Part shown: positions 48,079 to 57,567 of the stretch, piece by piece | Numbering within the stretch: position 1 is the first letter of the stretch | Layout: each line of letters starts with the position of its first letter | Assembly (NCBI GenBank): GCA_963816145.1 | Contig: CAWFJP010000014.1 | Coordinates: forward strand, 416,001 to 480,000 | Reading direction: 5' to 3' | Source: an uncultured delta proteobacterium | GTDB taxonomy: Bacteria; Desulfobacterota; Binatia; UBA9968 | DNA: 64,000 nucleotides | Made by a program: the position numbers and the translations under genes | Notes under the pieces: model-generated | Databases searched by the model: none | Seen by the model: only the letters and a program-made list of their open reading frames with translations | Told to the model about the DNA's origin: nothing

Positions 48079-49899
48079 ATGAAGACTCTTGCACAGACGT
48101 TCGCTGAGCTGCGCTATTCGTTTGTGCACACGCCGCAAGCGATTCGGTTCGTTTGGCGCAACAATCATTGGGGCATCCTCGGCTTGGCTTTTCTCACGCT
48201 TGCCGGCGCGCTGTTGCCGGCGGCACAAGCATGGGTTGGCAAGCTGATCGTCGACGGGGTGGTGGCGGCGATCCAGCATGGCCAGGATCACGATCAGGCA
48301 AAGTCAGTATTTTACTATCTTGTTGTAGAATTGTTGCTGATTCTGTTCGGCACTGGCGTCGTCCAAGCGCGCCGTCTGATTCAGCAGCTCACTCAACTTA
48401 AGCTCGCCAACCAGATTCGCGGCGAGATCATCGGCAAGGCGCTGACGCTGGATTTAGCCTTCTTCGAACACCCGGAGTATTACGACAAGCTGCAAAACGC
48501 CCGGCGCGAGGGTGGCTACAAGCCTGTCGAGCTGATCAACGATACGTTTCAGATCGTGCAAAATGCCATCACACTGGCGTCCTTTGCCGTACTGCTCTTG
48601 CGTTTCAGTCCGTGGCTGGTAGCGATTCTGGTTCTAACCAGCATCCCGGCGTTCATCGCCGAGACGCGCTTCTCGGGGCAAGGCTTTCGGCTATTGACCC
48701 GGCGCGCACCCGAGACCCGGCAGATTAACTATCTTTCCCGGCTGTTGACCGAGGACGCCTCGGCCAAGGAGATCAAACTTTTCAATTTGGGCGGGACTCT
48801 GCTGACGCGCTACATGACCTTGTTCGAAAAGTTTTTTCACGAAGACAAGGCGCTCGCTTGCCGGCGCGCTATGGCGGGCTTTAGCCTCGGGCTGGTCGCC
48901 ACGTTGGGATTCTATGGCTCCTATGCCTGGATCGTTTGGCACACCGTGCAGCGCCGGATCTCGCTTGGCGACATGACGCTCTATCTGGCGATCTTTCGCC
49001 AGGGGCAGGCGACGTTTCAAAACATACTCTACGCTGTCAGCAGCATTTACGAGAACAATCTGTTCATGTCGAATTTTTTCGAGTTTTTAGGCATGACGCC
49101 GCAGTTGGCGATCGCGGCCAAGCCCAAGGTGTTGCCGGCGACGCTGCGCTGCGGCATCGAGTTCCGCGATGTCGGCTTTCGTTATCCGGACAATGACGCA
49201 TGGGTATTGCGCCGCGTGAATCTCATCATCCGTCCGGGCGAGAAGATCGCGCTGGTGGGCCACAACGGCGCCGGTAAGACGACTTTGATCAAATTGTTGA
49301 GCCGGCTTTACGATCCGACCGAAGGCGCGATCTTGATCGACGGGATCGATCTGCGCGACGTCGATCCGCTGGCGCTGCGCCAGAAGATCGGCGTGATCTT
49401 CCAGGACTTCGTCCGTTTTCACTTGCCGGTGAAGGAAAACATCGGCTTCGGCCAGATCGACGCGGCGGCGGATCTGGACCGCATCGTCACGTCGGCACGC
49501 AAGAGCGGCGCCGATACGGTCATCGACCGCTTACCCGATGGCTACGACACCATGCTCGGCCGTTGGTTTAGCGGCGGCCATGAGCTTTCCCTCGGTCAGT
49601 GGCAGAAGGTCGCTCTGGCACGCGCGTTCATGCGCGAGGCCGAGATTCTGGTGCTCGACGAGCCCACGGCATCGGTGGATGCGCAGTCCGAGTACGAAAT
49701 CTTTTGCCACTTTCAGGAGTTGACGGCAGGGAAGATGGCGATCCTGATCTCCCATCGTTTCTCGACCGTGCGCATGGCCGATCGCATCGCAGTCATCGAA
49801 GGCGGCGGTATCGTCGAGATCGGCAGCCATAAAGAGCTGATCGATCGGAATGGCACCTACGCCCGCTTGTTTAGCATGCAGGCGGAAGGGTATCGATAA
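48079..49899 (+). CDS. ABC exporter, fused permease/ATPase
   Basis: TM domain, GHNGAGKT, LSLGQWQK, VLDEPT, SHR. Confidence 0.93.
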   Translation: MKTLAQTFAELRYSFVHTPQAIRFVWRNNHWGILGLAFLTLAGALLPAAQAWVGKLIVDGVVAAIQHGQDHDQAKSVFYYLVVELLLILFGTGVVQARRLIQQLTQLKLANQIRGEIIGKALTLDLAFFEHPEYYDKLQNARREGGYKPVELINDTFQIVQNAITLASFAVLLLRFSPWLVAILVLTSIPAFIAETRFSGQGFRLLTRRAPETRQINYLSRLLTEDASAKEIKLFNLGGTLLTRYMTLFEKFFHEDKALACRRAMAGFSLGLVATLGFYGSYAWIVWHTVQRRISLGDMTLYLAIFRQGQATFQNILYAVSSIYENNLFMSNFFEFLGMTPQLAIAAKPKVLPATLRCGIEFRDVGFRYPDNDAWVLRRVNLIIRPGEKIALVGHNGAGKTTLIKLLSRLYDPTEGAILIDGIDLRDVDPLALRQKIGVIFQDFVRFHLPVKENIGFGQIDAAADLDRIVTSARKSGADTVIDRLPDGYDTMLGRWFSGGHELSLGQWQKVALARAFMREAEILVLDEPTASVDAQSEYEIFCHFQELTAGKMAILISHRFSTVRMADRIAVIEGGGIVEIGSHKELIDRNGTYARLFSMQAEGYR

Positions 49900-49991
49900 T
49901 GCCAGCTGCCAATGACTTATTGAAATCGTTGCCGTCGATTTACCATGGTCGAACCATTGACGTCCGCTTTCCCAAGCCATGGCAGGACGCG

Positions 49992-50037
49992 TCGACGCGC
50001 GGCAACTTCAATGATTCAATTGGATGCCGCGCGTCGA
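49992..50037. terminator. 13-bp-stem hairpin between convergent genes
   Basis: TCGACGCGCGGCA...TGCCGCGCGTCGA. Confidence 0.5.
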
Positions 50038-50062
50038 AGTGGATTGGATGGAAATTGGCGCA

Positions 50063-50188
50063 TTAATCTCCGCTGCTGCTCGATCTCCCCTCCGACGATC
50101 CGCCGCTGCCCTCTTGTGAAACCTCAGGGCAACCTGCAAGCGCGAAAAGCGAGAGCAAAAGCATCACACTCCAAATTTTTTTCAACAT
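50063..50188 (-). CDS. 41-aa lipoprotein not in the ORF track
   Basis: GGAGGAGG RBS 7 nt before the ATG; MLKKIWSVMLLLSLFALAGC-PEVSQEGSGGSSEGRSSSSGD with an LAGC lipobox. Confidence 0.8.
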   Translation of the reverse strand: MLKKIWSVMLLLSLFALAGCPEVSQEGSGGSSEGRSSSSGD

Positions 50189-50251
50189 CGTTAATCCTCC
50201 TCCGCTGAATGTAGTCGAACATATCCGTGGACATGCCGCGAGCTTTGCGTC

Positions 50252-50267
50252 AGCAATTGCGATGCCA
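50252..50267 (-). promoter_or_regulatory. Sigma-54 promoter A
   Basis: TGGCAT-CGCAA-TTGCT on the minus strand. Confidence 0.8.
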
Positions 50268-50407
50268 TCAATTGCGCGATCAAAGCATAGATAAAACCGG
50301 CAACTGCGAACGATGATGCGGCGGAGATTGTGGCAAATTGAAACGTTTTTAAAGTGATTGGGCGTAGCGTTAAAAACTTTGCAGTGTGTTCACTACAAAT
50401 GGTTGTT

Positions 50408-50444
50408 CGTTGCAAAATCCGACGGATCGATGCATTTTACGACG
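50408..50444. promoter_or_regulatory. Putative tandem enhancer sites for promoter A
   Basis: CGTTGCAAAATCCGACG and CGATGCATTTTACGACG, 20 bp apart, 141 bp from the promoter. Confidence 0.6.
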
Positions 50445-50830
50445 TCCGCTGCGGCGGTAAAATTTTGGCTGTCTTGAAGAAACTGGGTTACGCCAGACGT
50501 GATTTGGCGAGGACCGACAGCGGCTCCATAGCTGTGGGACGAGGCTGTCCGTGGTGATCAAACGGCAAATCGATCCCGCTTCCGCAAACGCCTTGCCGAC
50601 CTTATCTTGTCGGCTGTGGTGAGGATGTATTTGATCGGGCCTCGATGGGCGCCTATCGATATACTCCGAAACTGGTGTTCCAGCAGTCACGCAGGGTGGA
50701 TTGGTGCCGCACGGGCGGTCGAGGCGTTTGCCAACAGCCCTTAAGAATGGTTGCTTTGGCGAGGAGGGGCGGCGATCCGCAATACCGCGTTGTGGAGTGA
50801 TGGTGAATTTAGGATGGATGTAAGGATAAT

Positions 50831-50875
50831 CCCAAGTGTGGAGAACTACCTATCGGGCAGAACTCCGCACCTGGG
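50831..50875 (-). terminator. Hairpin downstream of the 55-aa gene
   Basis: CCCAAGTGTGGAG...CTCCGCACCTGGG, 11/13 paired. Confidence 0.4.
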
Positions 50876-50894
50876 CATCGGCTGGTGGGTTCAA

Positions 50895-51062
50895 TTATTC
50901 TGATTCAGGCTTGGGCTCAGGTTTCGGTGCCGGCTTTGGCGCTGGCTTTTCGTCCGGTGAAGGCTCGTCCTGGGCGTAACTGATTGTCACCATCTTTCCG
51001 ATGCCCGGTAGAGCCCAGTTCATTAACGACAATGCAACTACAAGAATCAATGTCTTTTTCAT
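50895..51062 (-). CDS. 55-aa exported Pro/Lys/Glu-rich peptide
   Basis: GGGAGA RBS; MKKTLILVVALSLMNWALPG..SYA-QDEPSPDEKPAPKPAPKPEPKPESE. Confidence 0.7.
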   Translation of the reverse strand: MKKTLILVVALSLMNWALPGIGKMVTISYAQDEPSPDEKPAPKPAPKPEPKPESE

Positions 51063-51114
51063 ATGAATCTCCCAAATGGGTTGTGATGAGGGTTGGTAGA
51101 GTTTTTGTGGTTGT

Positions 51115-51279
51115 TCAATCACCGCTGTCTCTGCGAACCCGTGCGCAGATTCGGCGGTCTCATTGGATTCGCTGGAATCCGTAGAGTTGACTCCCCCTTG
51201 TCGAGCCATGCTTCGACATCCTGCCAAAGCACACAACGAGACCGGCAACGCCAAAATCCAAGTCTCTTCGTTACATCAT
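51115..51279 (-). pseudogene. Degenerate paralog of the 41-aa lipoprotein
   Basis: GGAGGG RBS and ATG followed by an early stop; TWILALPVSLCALAGC lies in a shifted frame; ends SGD-stop like the intact copy. Confidence 0.6.
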
Positions 51280-51343
51280 AATTGTTTTTCCCTCCGCTCG
51301 ATTTTGTCGGACATGTCTTTGAACACGCGCGCACCTTTGGTTC

Positions 51344-51359
51344 AGCAATTGCGATGCCA
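51344..51359 (-). promoter_or_regulatory. Sigma-54 promoter B
   Basis: TGGCATCGCAATTGCT, identical to promoter A. Confidence 0.8.
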
Positions 51360-51501
51360 GCTGAATTGGCCGTCGTCATTTCGATATCTCATGAAATTTG
51401 ATTAGATAAGTCGGGCGTTCATCGCTGCAATATCAAACACCATGACCATCAACCTGATCATGACCGCGAATAAGGCGCTTAAATTGTCGAGCGTGATCGA
51501 G

Positions 51502-51538
51502 CGATGCAAAAATCCACGTGGCGATGCGATTTGCTACA
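51502..51538. promoter_or_regulatory. Putative tandem enhancer sites for promoter B
   Basis: CGATGCAAAAATCCACG and CGATGCGATTTGCTACA, 20 bp apart, 143 bp from the promoter. Confidence 0.6.
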
Positions 51539-51605
51539 CTGTTAACAGGGCCGGCTGCATTATCGTGGGTATGGCGATACCATCTGTTCCCTCGGTGATA
51601 TTGAC

Positions 51606-53183
51606 GTGCGGTATCAATCTGTGTCGATCCTATTAAAACGAATGCGGCTTGGAACAAAACTTATAATCGGTCTGGTTTTCGCTTTAATCGTCATCATGCT
51701 TGTCCATGGCTATCTAAGCCTGCGCCAAGACCAGGAAAATATGACCCGGGAAATGCGCGTAGGCATGTTGGGATTGGCCCGCACCGTTCGAGTTGCGCTG
51801 CAGCATGCTTATGGTGACGAGGGTAATCTACGGGCGACCCAAAGCTTGATCGACGGCATCGGCCGTCCTGGTAACATTCATGGATTGGTCATCTATGATC
51901 CCGCCGGTAAGCGGGCAGCTATATCTGTCTCCTTGATCGACACCGGCAGTGTGCCAAATCTCGATCCGGCACCGGTTTTGAGTATCGATCCCGGTCCAAC
52001 GTTGGCGGATGGGGAAAGTCGGGAGGGTTTCATCGAACACCCTGCGCACCCGGTATATTTTCGAATCGAGCCGATAATGGACAGTCAGAATCACGTCGCT
52101 GGTGCTGTCGTTGTCGGGCGGCGCGGCTTGGGTTTGCCCGACGTTCTGGAATCTCGGCGCGATCGTATCCTGGTAACTACCGGAACTTTGATCGTTGTTA
52201 TGTCACTGTCGATTTTGATAATTGTACGGCGCAATATTTCACGGCCAATCGAGCTGCTCATCGAGCGTATTCGGAACGTCGGGATTGGACCCTGGGATCG
52301 GCGAGTGCCGGTTGAAGGAAACAACGAGATCAGTTTGCTCGCCCGTGAGTTTAATCAAATGTGTGAACGCCTCCAGGATTTGTACGCGTCGTTGGCTCGG
52401 GAAAAGCAGGACAGGGCTGGATTGGAACGAAACCTGCGCCAATCGGAAAAGTTGGCTTCGGTAGGCCAACTCGCGGCCGGGCTGGCCCATGAAATTGGCA
52501 CGCCGCTCAATATCATCGGCGGCCGGGCCGATTTTCTTCTGCGGCGACAGCGCAGTGCAGCGGAGATTAGCGATAATCTACAGACTATTCATTCGCAAAT
52601 TGATCGGATAGCGGGCATTGTGCGCCAGCTTTTGGAGTTTTCCCGGCGGCGCGAGCCGGCAATCCGCGCCGTCGAACTCAAACCTCTGATCGAAAAAATC
52701 GCCAGTCTTCTTGAACATAAAATCGCCGAAAGAAAGGTTTCAGTCGATTATCAAATCCCGGCTGGCTTGCCATGCATTGCTGGCGATCCTGACCAACTGC
52801 AGCAAGTCTTTCTCAACCTTTTCCTGAACGCACTCCATGCGCTGCCGCCGAACGGGCAAATTCGCATCCGTGCTAAGCTGGTTGAGAGCGGAGCGGTCAG
52901 CATTCCCGTGGAGGACGCGCAGCGTGGACTGCAGGTTGAGTTTGAGGATAACGGAACTGGCATTCCAGCTCATCAAATTGGTCAGGTGTTCGATCCATTC
53001 TTTACGACCAAGGACGTCGGCGAGGGTACGGGGCTCGGCCTGTCAGTAAGCTATGGTATCATCAAGGACCACGGCGGCGAAATTAGGGTGGACAGCCAGG
53101 TCGGTCAATTCACTCGTTTTACGATATTTCTTCCGTCGCAACTAGATCTGTCTGCCAAGCCTGAGGCGGTGATTATTCAATGA
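51606..53183 (+). CDS. Membrane sensor histidine kinase (periplasmic domain, HAMP)
   Basis: Two TM helices, LAHEIGTPL, DNGTGI, PFFTTK..GEGTGLGL. Confidence 0.93.
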   Translation: MRYQSVSILLKRMRLGTKLIIGLVFALIVIMLVHGYLSLRQDQENMTREMRVGMLGLARTVRVALQHAYGDEGNLRATQSLIDGIGRPGNIHGLVIYDPAGKRAAISVSLIDTGSVPNLDPAPVLSIDPGPTLADGESREGFIEHPAHPVYFRIEPIMDSQNHVAGAVVVGRRGLGLPDVLESRRDRILVTTGTLIVVMSLSILIIVRRNISRPIELLIERIRNVGIGPWDRRVPVEGNNEISLLAREFNQMCERLQDLYASLAREKQDRAGLERNLRQSEKLASVGQLAAGLAHEIGTPLNIIGGRADFLLRRQRSAAEISDNLQTIHSQIDRIAGIVRQLLEFSRRREPAIRAVELKPLIEKIASLLEHKIAERKVSVDYQIPAGLPCIAGDPDQLQQVFLNLFLNALHALPPNGQIRIRAKLVESGAVSIPVEDAQRGLQVEFEDNGTGIPAHQIGQVFDPFFTTKDVGEGTGLGLSVSYGIIKDHGGEIRVDSQVGQFTRFTIFLPSQLDLSAKPEAVIIQ

Positions 53184-54568
53184 CACAACCCCAGTTAAAG
53201 TCGAAATCCCAGGCCGGTCGGATTCTCGTTGTCGACGACGATCACGCAATGTGCCAATTGCTCTACGATTTACTACGTGATGAAGGATATGACGTCGACG
53301 TAGCGTACGATGGAGGCTCAGCTCTCGAGAAATATCGACTCGCACCATTCGATTTGGCGATCACCGATCTGATGATGCCGAGGATGAAAGGTGTGGAGCT
53401 GGTCTCTCGATTCAGGCAGGTTGACGGCGGCGCATTGGTCTTATTGATCACCGCTTTTGGCACCATTGAGAGCGCGGTTGAAGCGATGCGGGCCGGAGCT
53501 TTTCATTATGTTACCAAGCCATTTCACAATGATGAGATTCTGATCCAGGTTAAACGGGCGCTCGAGCAAAAGTCGCTCCGCGAAGAGGTTCAGCGTTTAC
53601 GCGACGCCGTCGACGCGCGCAACCGTTTTCAAAATGTTATTGGCCAATGCGACGCCATGCAACGGGTCTATGAGATCGTCGCGCAGATCAGTGATCTGCC
53701 GAACAACGTGTTGATTGAAGGCGAAAGCGGCACCGGCAAGGAATTGATCGCCCGCGCCATTCATCAAAATAGTTCGCGCGCGACGGGACCGTTTGTCGCG
53801 GTCAACTGCGCGGCCATTCCGGAAAACCTGCTTGAAAGCGAGCTGTTTGGTTACGTTCGAGGGGCTTTTACCGACGCGCGAAAAGATCGGCGCGGTTTGT
53901 TCCAAGAGGCCAGCAGCGGGATTCTTTTTCTCGATGAAATAGGAGAAATTCCCTTGTCCTTGCAAGCAAAGCTACTTCGCTTATTGGAAGACAAGGAAGT
54001 CCGTCCGCTGGGCGCCAATCAGAGCGAGAAAATCGATACCCGCATCGTGTCGGCGTCCAACCGCGATCTTGCAGATCAGGTACAGCAGGGAAAATTTAGG
54101 CGGGATCTTTATTATCGACTCAACGTCATTCGCATCGAACTGCCGGCCCTGCGCCAGCGCAGCCACGATATTCCATTGCTAGTGAATCATTTTCTACAAA
54201 AGTTCGCCGCCGGCGCGAATCACAAAGTCGACGGCGTTGCCGCCGATGCCATGGCCGCATTAAAGGCCTACGAATGGCCGGGTAACATCCGTGAACTTGA
54301 ACACACCATCGAAAGGGCGGTACTTCTGGGGAAAGGAGCTGTGATTGGGATGGACGATTTGCCGCCCGTCATGGCTAAAAAAGCTGAATTAGAGATTTTA
54401 ATGGCTCAGGGCATAGCCAAACAGTTCACGCTCGCCGATCTCGAACGGGAATATATCGGCAAAGTTTTAGAGTCGACTCAAGGCAATAAGACGGAAGCCG
54501 CTAAGATGCTTGGTGTCGACCGCACGACGCTCTATCGTAAGCTCGAAGAATATAAGATCAAGGAGTGA
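53180..54568 (+). CDS. Sigma-54-dependent NtrC-family response regulator
   Basis: [45 protein letters not shown]. Confidence 0.94.
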   Translation: MTQPQLKSKSQAGRILVVDDDHAMCQLLYDLLRDEGYDVDVAYDGGSALEKYRLAPFDLAITDLMMPRMKGVELVSRFRQVDGGALVLLITAFGTIESAVEAMRAGAFHYVTKPFHNDEILIQVKRALEQKSLREEVQRLRDAVDARNRFQNVIGQCDAMQRVYEIVAQISDLPNNVLIEGESGTGKELIARAIHQNSSRATGPFVAVNCAAIPENLLESELFGYVRGAFTDARKDRRGLFQEASSGILFLDEIGEIPLSLQAKLLRLLEDKEVRPLGANQSEKIDTRIVSASNRDLADQVQQGKFRRDLYYRLNVIRIELPALRQRSHDIPLLVNHFLQKFAAGANHKVDGVAADAMAALKAYEWPGNIRELEHTIERAVLLGKGAVIGMDDLPPVMAKKAELEILMAQGIAKQFTLADLEREYIGKVLESTQGNKTEAAKMLGVDRTTLYRKLEEYKIKE

Positions 54569-54937
54569 ATCATATTGTTAGAATCGTCGCGCCGGAATAT
54601 TCGTAAGAAACCACGCTTCGAAACATAATATAGAAACTGCTGCAGATGGCAAAACAACCGACACCAATTTGCTGCCGCAAGCGCTCAGTGATGAGCTGGT
54701 TTCGTGGTTGAGTTGACCCGCGAATAATGATTCGCTGGCTCGGGTCACAAGTGCAAGGGCCAAGTCGCTTTCGGAGCGATGATTATCCCAAAAACGCTAA
54801 TGGGCCGCTGGTTCAGCCTGCGGGCGCACGGCAATGGATAAAAGACCCGCCGCGAAAAATTCTTGAATTGGTTGCCGTCGATGTGCAATGGTTACTTCCA
54901 ATAACCGTAGCTTGCTGCGGTCGAGAAAGGTTCGCCA

Positions 54938-55897
54938 ATGAAACTCATTGCCACATACGGTGTCCTGCGCCGAAAAATCTCTCCTGCAGCTTTCTACTGG
55001 ATGTTTGTTTTGCTTCTGACCTGCCTCAATGGCGGGGAAGCCGAAGCGCAAACCTCGAAGAGCGCTGAGGTTAAAGCGATTCATCTGGGATTAGTCTCCG
55101 AGATCAACAAGGCGGCCATTGAAGAGCAATTTCGCGACTTCGTCCGCTATGTATCACGGCGGATCGCACCGGGTTCGGAGACGGATGACAAAGTGATCAT
55201 TGCGCCGACACCCTTCGAGCTCGCCAAGCTGCTGGAGCAACGGCGGGTGGATTACTATTTTGAAAGCGTCTATCCGACCTACACGATCAACTACGTTCAC
55301 AACGCCGGCAAGATGCTATTGCGGCGCTGGAAAGGCGGCGCGTCGGAGTATCAGAGTATGATCTTCACCAAGCGCGACGGCGGCATCAAGCAGCTTGCCG
55401 ATCTTCGCGGTAAGATGATGATCTTCGAGGACCCCGGTTCGACCTCCGGCTATCTGATGCCGAAACTTTTCATGTCGCGCAACGGTTTCAAACTGGTGGA
55501 GAAAAAGAGCTACGATCCGAACGCGGTGCCGACAGATATTCAGTATTCCTTCGCTTACTTGCGCAGCAAGCTGATCGAGGCGGTGCTGACCAAGCAAGTT
55601 GCCGCGGGGGCGATCAGCGACGATGACTACGCGGGGCTGGATGAAAAGCGAAAGTCGGAGATGGTCATTCTCGCCGAGACCGAAAAGCTGCCGCGTCATT
55701 TGGTTTCCGTGCGCATCGATCTCGCCCCGCAGACTGTCGGTAAGCTCAACGACCTGCTGGTGGCGATGCATGACGATGCCGAAGGCCAGCGCATTCTCAA
55801 GAAAACCGATCAAACCACCAAGTTCGATCCCCTACCCGGGGGCGAGGCTGCACTGAAGAAACGGCTATTGGATAGCTTTTATACTCCGGCGAGATAA
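54938..55897 (+). CDS. Phosphate/phosphite/phosphonate-binding protein (PhnD-like)
   Basis: YQSMIF, DLRGK, DPGSTSGYLMP. Confidence 0.85.
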   Translation: MKLIATYGVLRRKISPAAFYWMFVLLLTCLNGGEAEAQTSKSAEVKAIHLGLVSEINKAAIEEQFRDFVRYVSRRIAPGSETDDKVIIAPTPFELAKLLEQRRVDYYFESVYPTYTINYVHNAGKMLLRRWKGGASEYQSMIFTKRDGGIKQLADLRGKMMIFEDPGSTSGYLMPKLFMSRNGFKLVEKKSYDPNAVPTDIQYSFAYLRSKLIEAVLTKQVAAGAISDDDYAGLDEKRKSEMVILAETEKLPRHLVSVRIDLAPQTVGKLNDLLVAMHDDAEGQRILKKTDQTTKFDPLPGGEAALKKRLLDSFYTPAR

Positions 55898-56040
55898 TAA
55901 TCGACAGCGCGTTGGGTTGTCTCGAAACCGAGCAACCCCATCCTGATCACCATATTCGTCATTCTCCGATTTGCGGAATGGCGATAATTGTACGGCACGG
56001 CAATTAGCCGTACTTAGGCGGGGAACGCCGCGTCGGTCTG

Positions 56041-56229
56041 TCAGGGCAAAATTTCTAATGCGAGTTCGCGGGCGCGGCGGGCGTGGACGATGCCGACGCG
56101 AAAGCGGTGTTTGGCGCCTTCTTCGGCGTTGGGGCTGCCGTTTGCCGAAGTGAAATCGTCATAAAATGCCTTGAAAAGATTTTCGACGGCTTGGCCGTAG
56201 GCACGCTCGATGGCGTCTTGTTCATTCAT
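56041..56229 (-). CDS. 62-aa hypothetical protein
   Basis: AAAGGA RBS, helical amphipathic sequence, fills the intergenic gap. Confidence 0.55.
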   Translation of the reverse strand: MNEQDAIERAYGQAVENLFKAFYDDFTSANGSPNAEEGAKHRFRVGIVHARRARELALEILP

Positions 56230-56322
56230 GGTAATTCCTTTTTTGACTTGATCTGTAACCACCGCCTGGCGGCTGTCGTGTCGAACAACCTAGCGCGACA
56301 CCGCTGCTCAATCCACTTCCAG

Positions 56323-57456
56323 CTATCCGAGCGCACCAATCTCCGCCATGCTGGCGTCGAACGTGATGCGTTGGTTCTGTTCCGGGGAGCGCAAGATCCA
56401 GAAGGGATCTTTACCATGCTGCACGGCGTCGATGGACTCCATGATCAGGTTGCGCAGCAAGATGACACCTTCATCGGCGGCGCCTAAATGTTCTTTGCTG
56501 CGGTCGTAAATCGGCCCCTGGGTTTCCTGGGCGACGCGGTCCTGGTCGTGCGAGGCGACGCGCCACCAGCCGTCGTCGACACGCGTATAAACACCCGGCT
56601 TGTCGTCTTCAAAGCCGATGGTTTTCATCACCAGCGGCTTGCCGACGTCGCCGTCGGTGTACGGCGTGAAGCGCAGCCAAAACGTCATCGTTTTGGTGTC
56701 GTCGGTGGGCACGCGGAAGCGGATCGCGTGATCCGGTATTCGACCTTTGCGCGCGGTGGTATGGCGCGTGTGCGATGGGAAGACCCAGTGCGAATGTTTT
56801 GGCTTGGAGACGTCCGGCACATGCATGGTGATCTTGGCGCCGTAGGCGGTTTTCTGCCAGCCGATTTCGGGCCGCTTCAGAGCCATCTGCGGATACTCCG
56901 GCGCGTGCAGTGCTACCAGATGGGTCTGGTCGACCGAGTTCTCGGCGCGCTGCAACCAATTGCAGTATTCCGTTCCAGCACCGACCACCCGCTCGCCGTT
57001 TTCCACTAGCAATAAATCGTAGCGCGGTAACAGCGGCGCTGGATCGGGACCGATGTAGGCGAAGATAAATCCGCCGAGCTCCTGAACCTGATAGGCCGGA
57101 TGTTTGATCCGGTCTTTGAATGTGCTGTCGGCAGGTTCGGCGGGCTGCTCCAGACAACGGCCTTTTATATCGTAGAGCCAGCCGTGATAGCAGCAGCGGA
57201 TGCCCGCGTCCTCGACCCGGCCGAATTCTAAAGACGTGCCACGGTGCGAACAGTGCAAATCGACCATGCCGAGGTTGCCCGCGCCATCGCGGAAGAGCAC
57301 GAAGTCTTCACCCAGCAGTCGAGCGGGCACCGGACTGCTTTTGGTTTTGACATGTTCGGTAAACCCCACCGGCCACCAGTAGCGGCGCAGCATTGTTCCA
57401 GCCGGCGTGCCGGGGCCGACTCGGGTTATGGTTTCGTTTTCTTCGCGGGATAGCAT
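56323..57456 (-). CDS. Rieske oxygenase alpha subunit
   Basis: CSHRG...CCYHGW, NSVDQTHLVALH, QD..AQE. Confidence 0.92.
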   Translation of the reverse strand: MLSREENETITRVGPGTPAGTMLRRYWWPVGFTEHVKTKSSPVPARLLGEDFVLFRDGAGNLGMVDLHCSHRGTSLEFGRVEDAGIRCCYHGWLYDIKGRCLEQPAEPADSTFKDRIKHPAYQVQELGGFIFAYIGPDPAPLLPRYDLLLVENGERVVGAGTEYCNWLQRAENSVDQTHLVALHAPEYPQMALKRPEIGWQKTAYGAKITMHVPDVSKPKHSHWVFPSHTRHTTARKGRIPDHAIRFRVPTDDTKTMTFWLRFTPYTDGDVGKPLVMKTIGFEDDKPGVYTRVDDGWWRVASHDQDRVAQETQGPIYDRSKEHLGAADEGVILLRNLIMESIDAVQHGKDPFWILRSPEQNQRITFDASMAEIGALG

Positions 57457-57469
57457 TGCGCGGACTCCT

Positions 57470-57545
57470 CGTTCCAATAGTTCCAGATGTTCCAGTGGTT
57501 CGCAGGCATGTATTCGTGCAAGTGTTCAAGGTTCAAGCGTTCAAC
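57470..57545. repeat. GTTCCAA/GTTCAA repeat arms
   Basis: CGTTCCAATAGTTCCAGATGTTCCAGTGGTTC; GTTCAAGGTTCAAGCGTTCAA. Confidence 0.75.
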
Positions 57546-57567
57546 CGGACCGGATTTATCCGGCGGC

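Noticed and set aside
50895-51254. 119-aa ORF as one real protein
   Set aside because: It has no RBS at its TTG start and contains an internal RBS plus a second signal peptide; two units explain it better.
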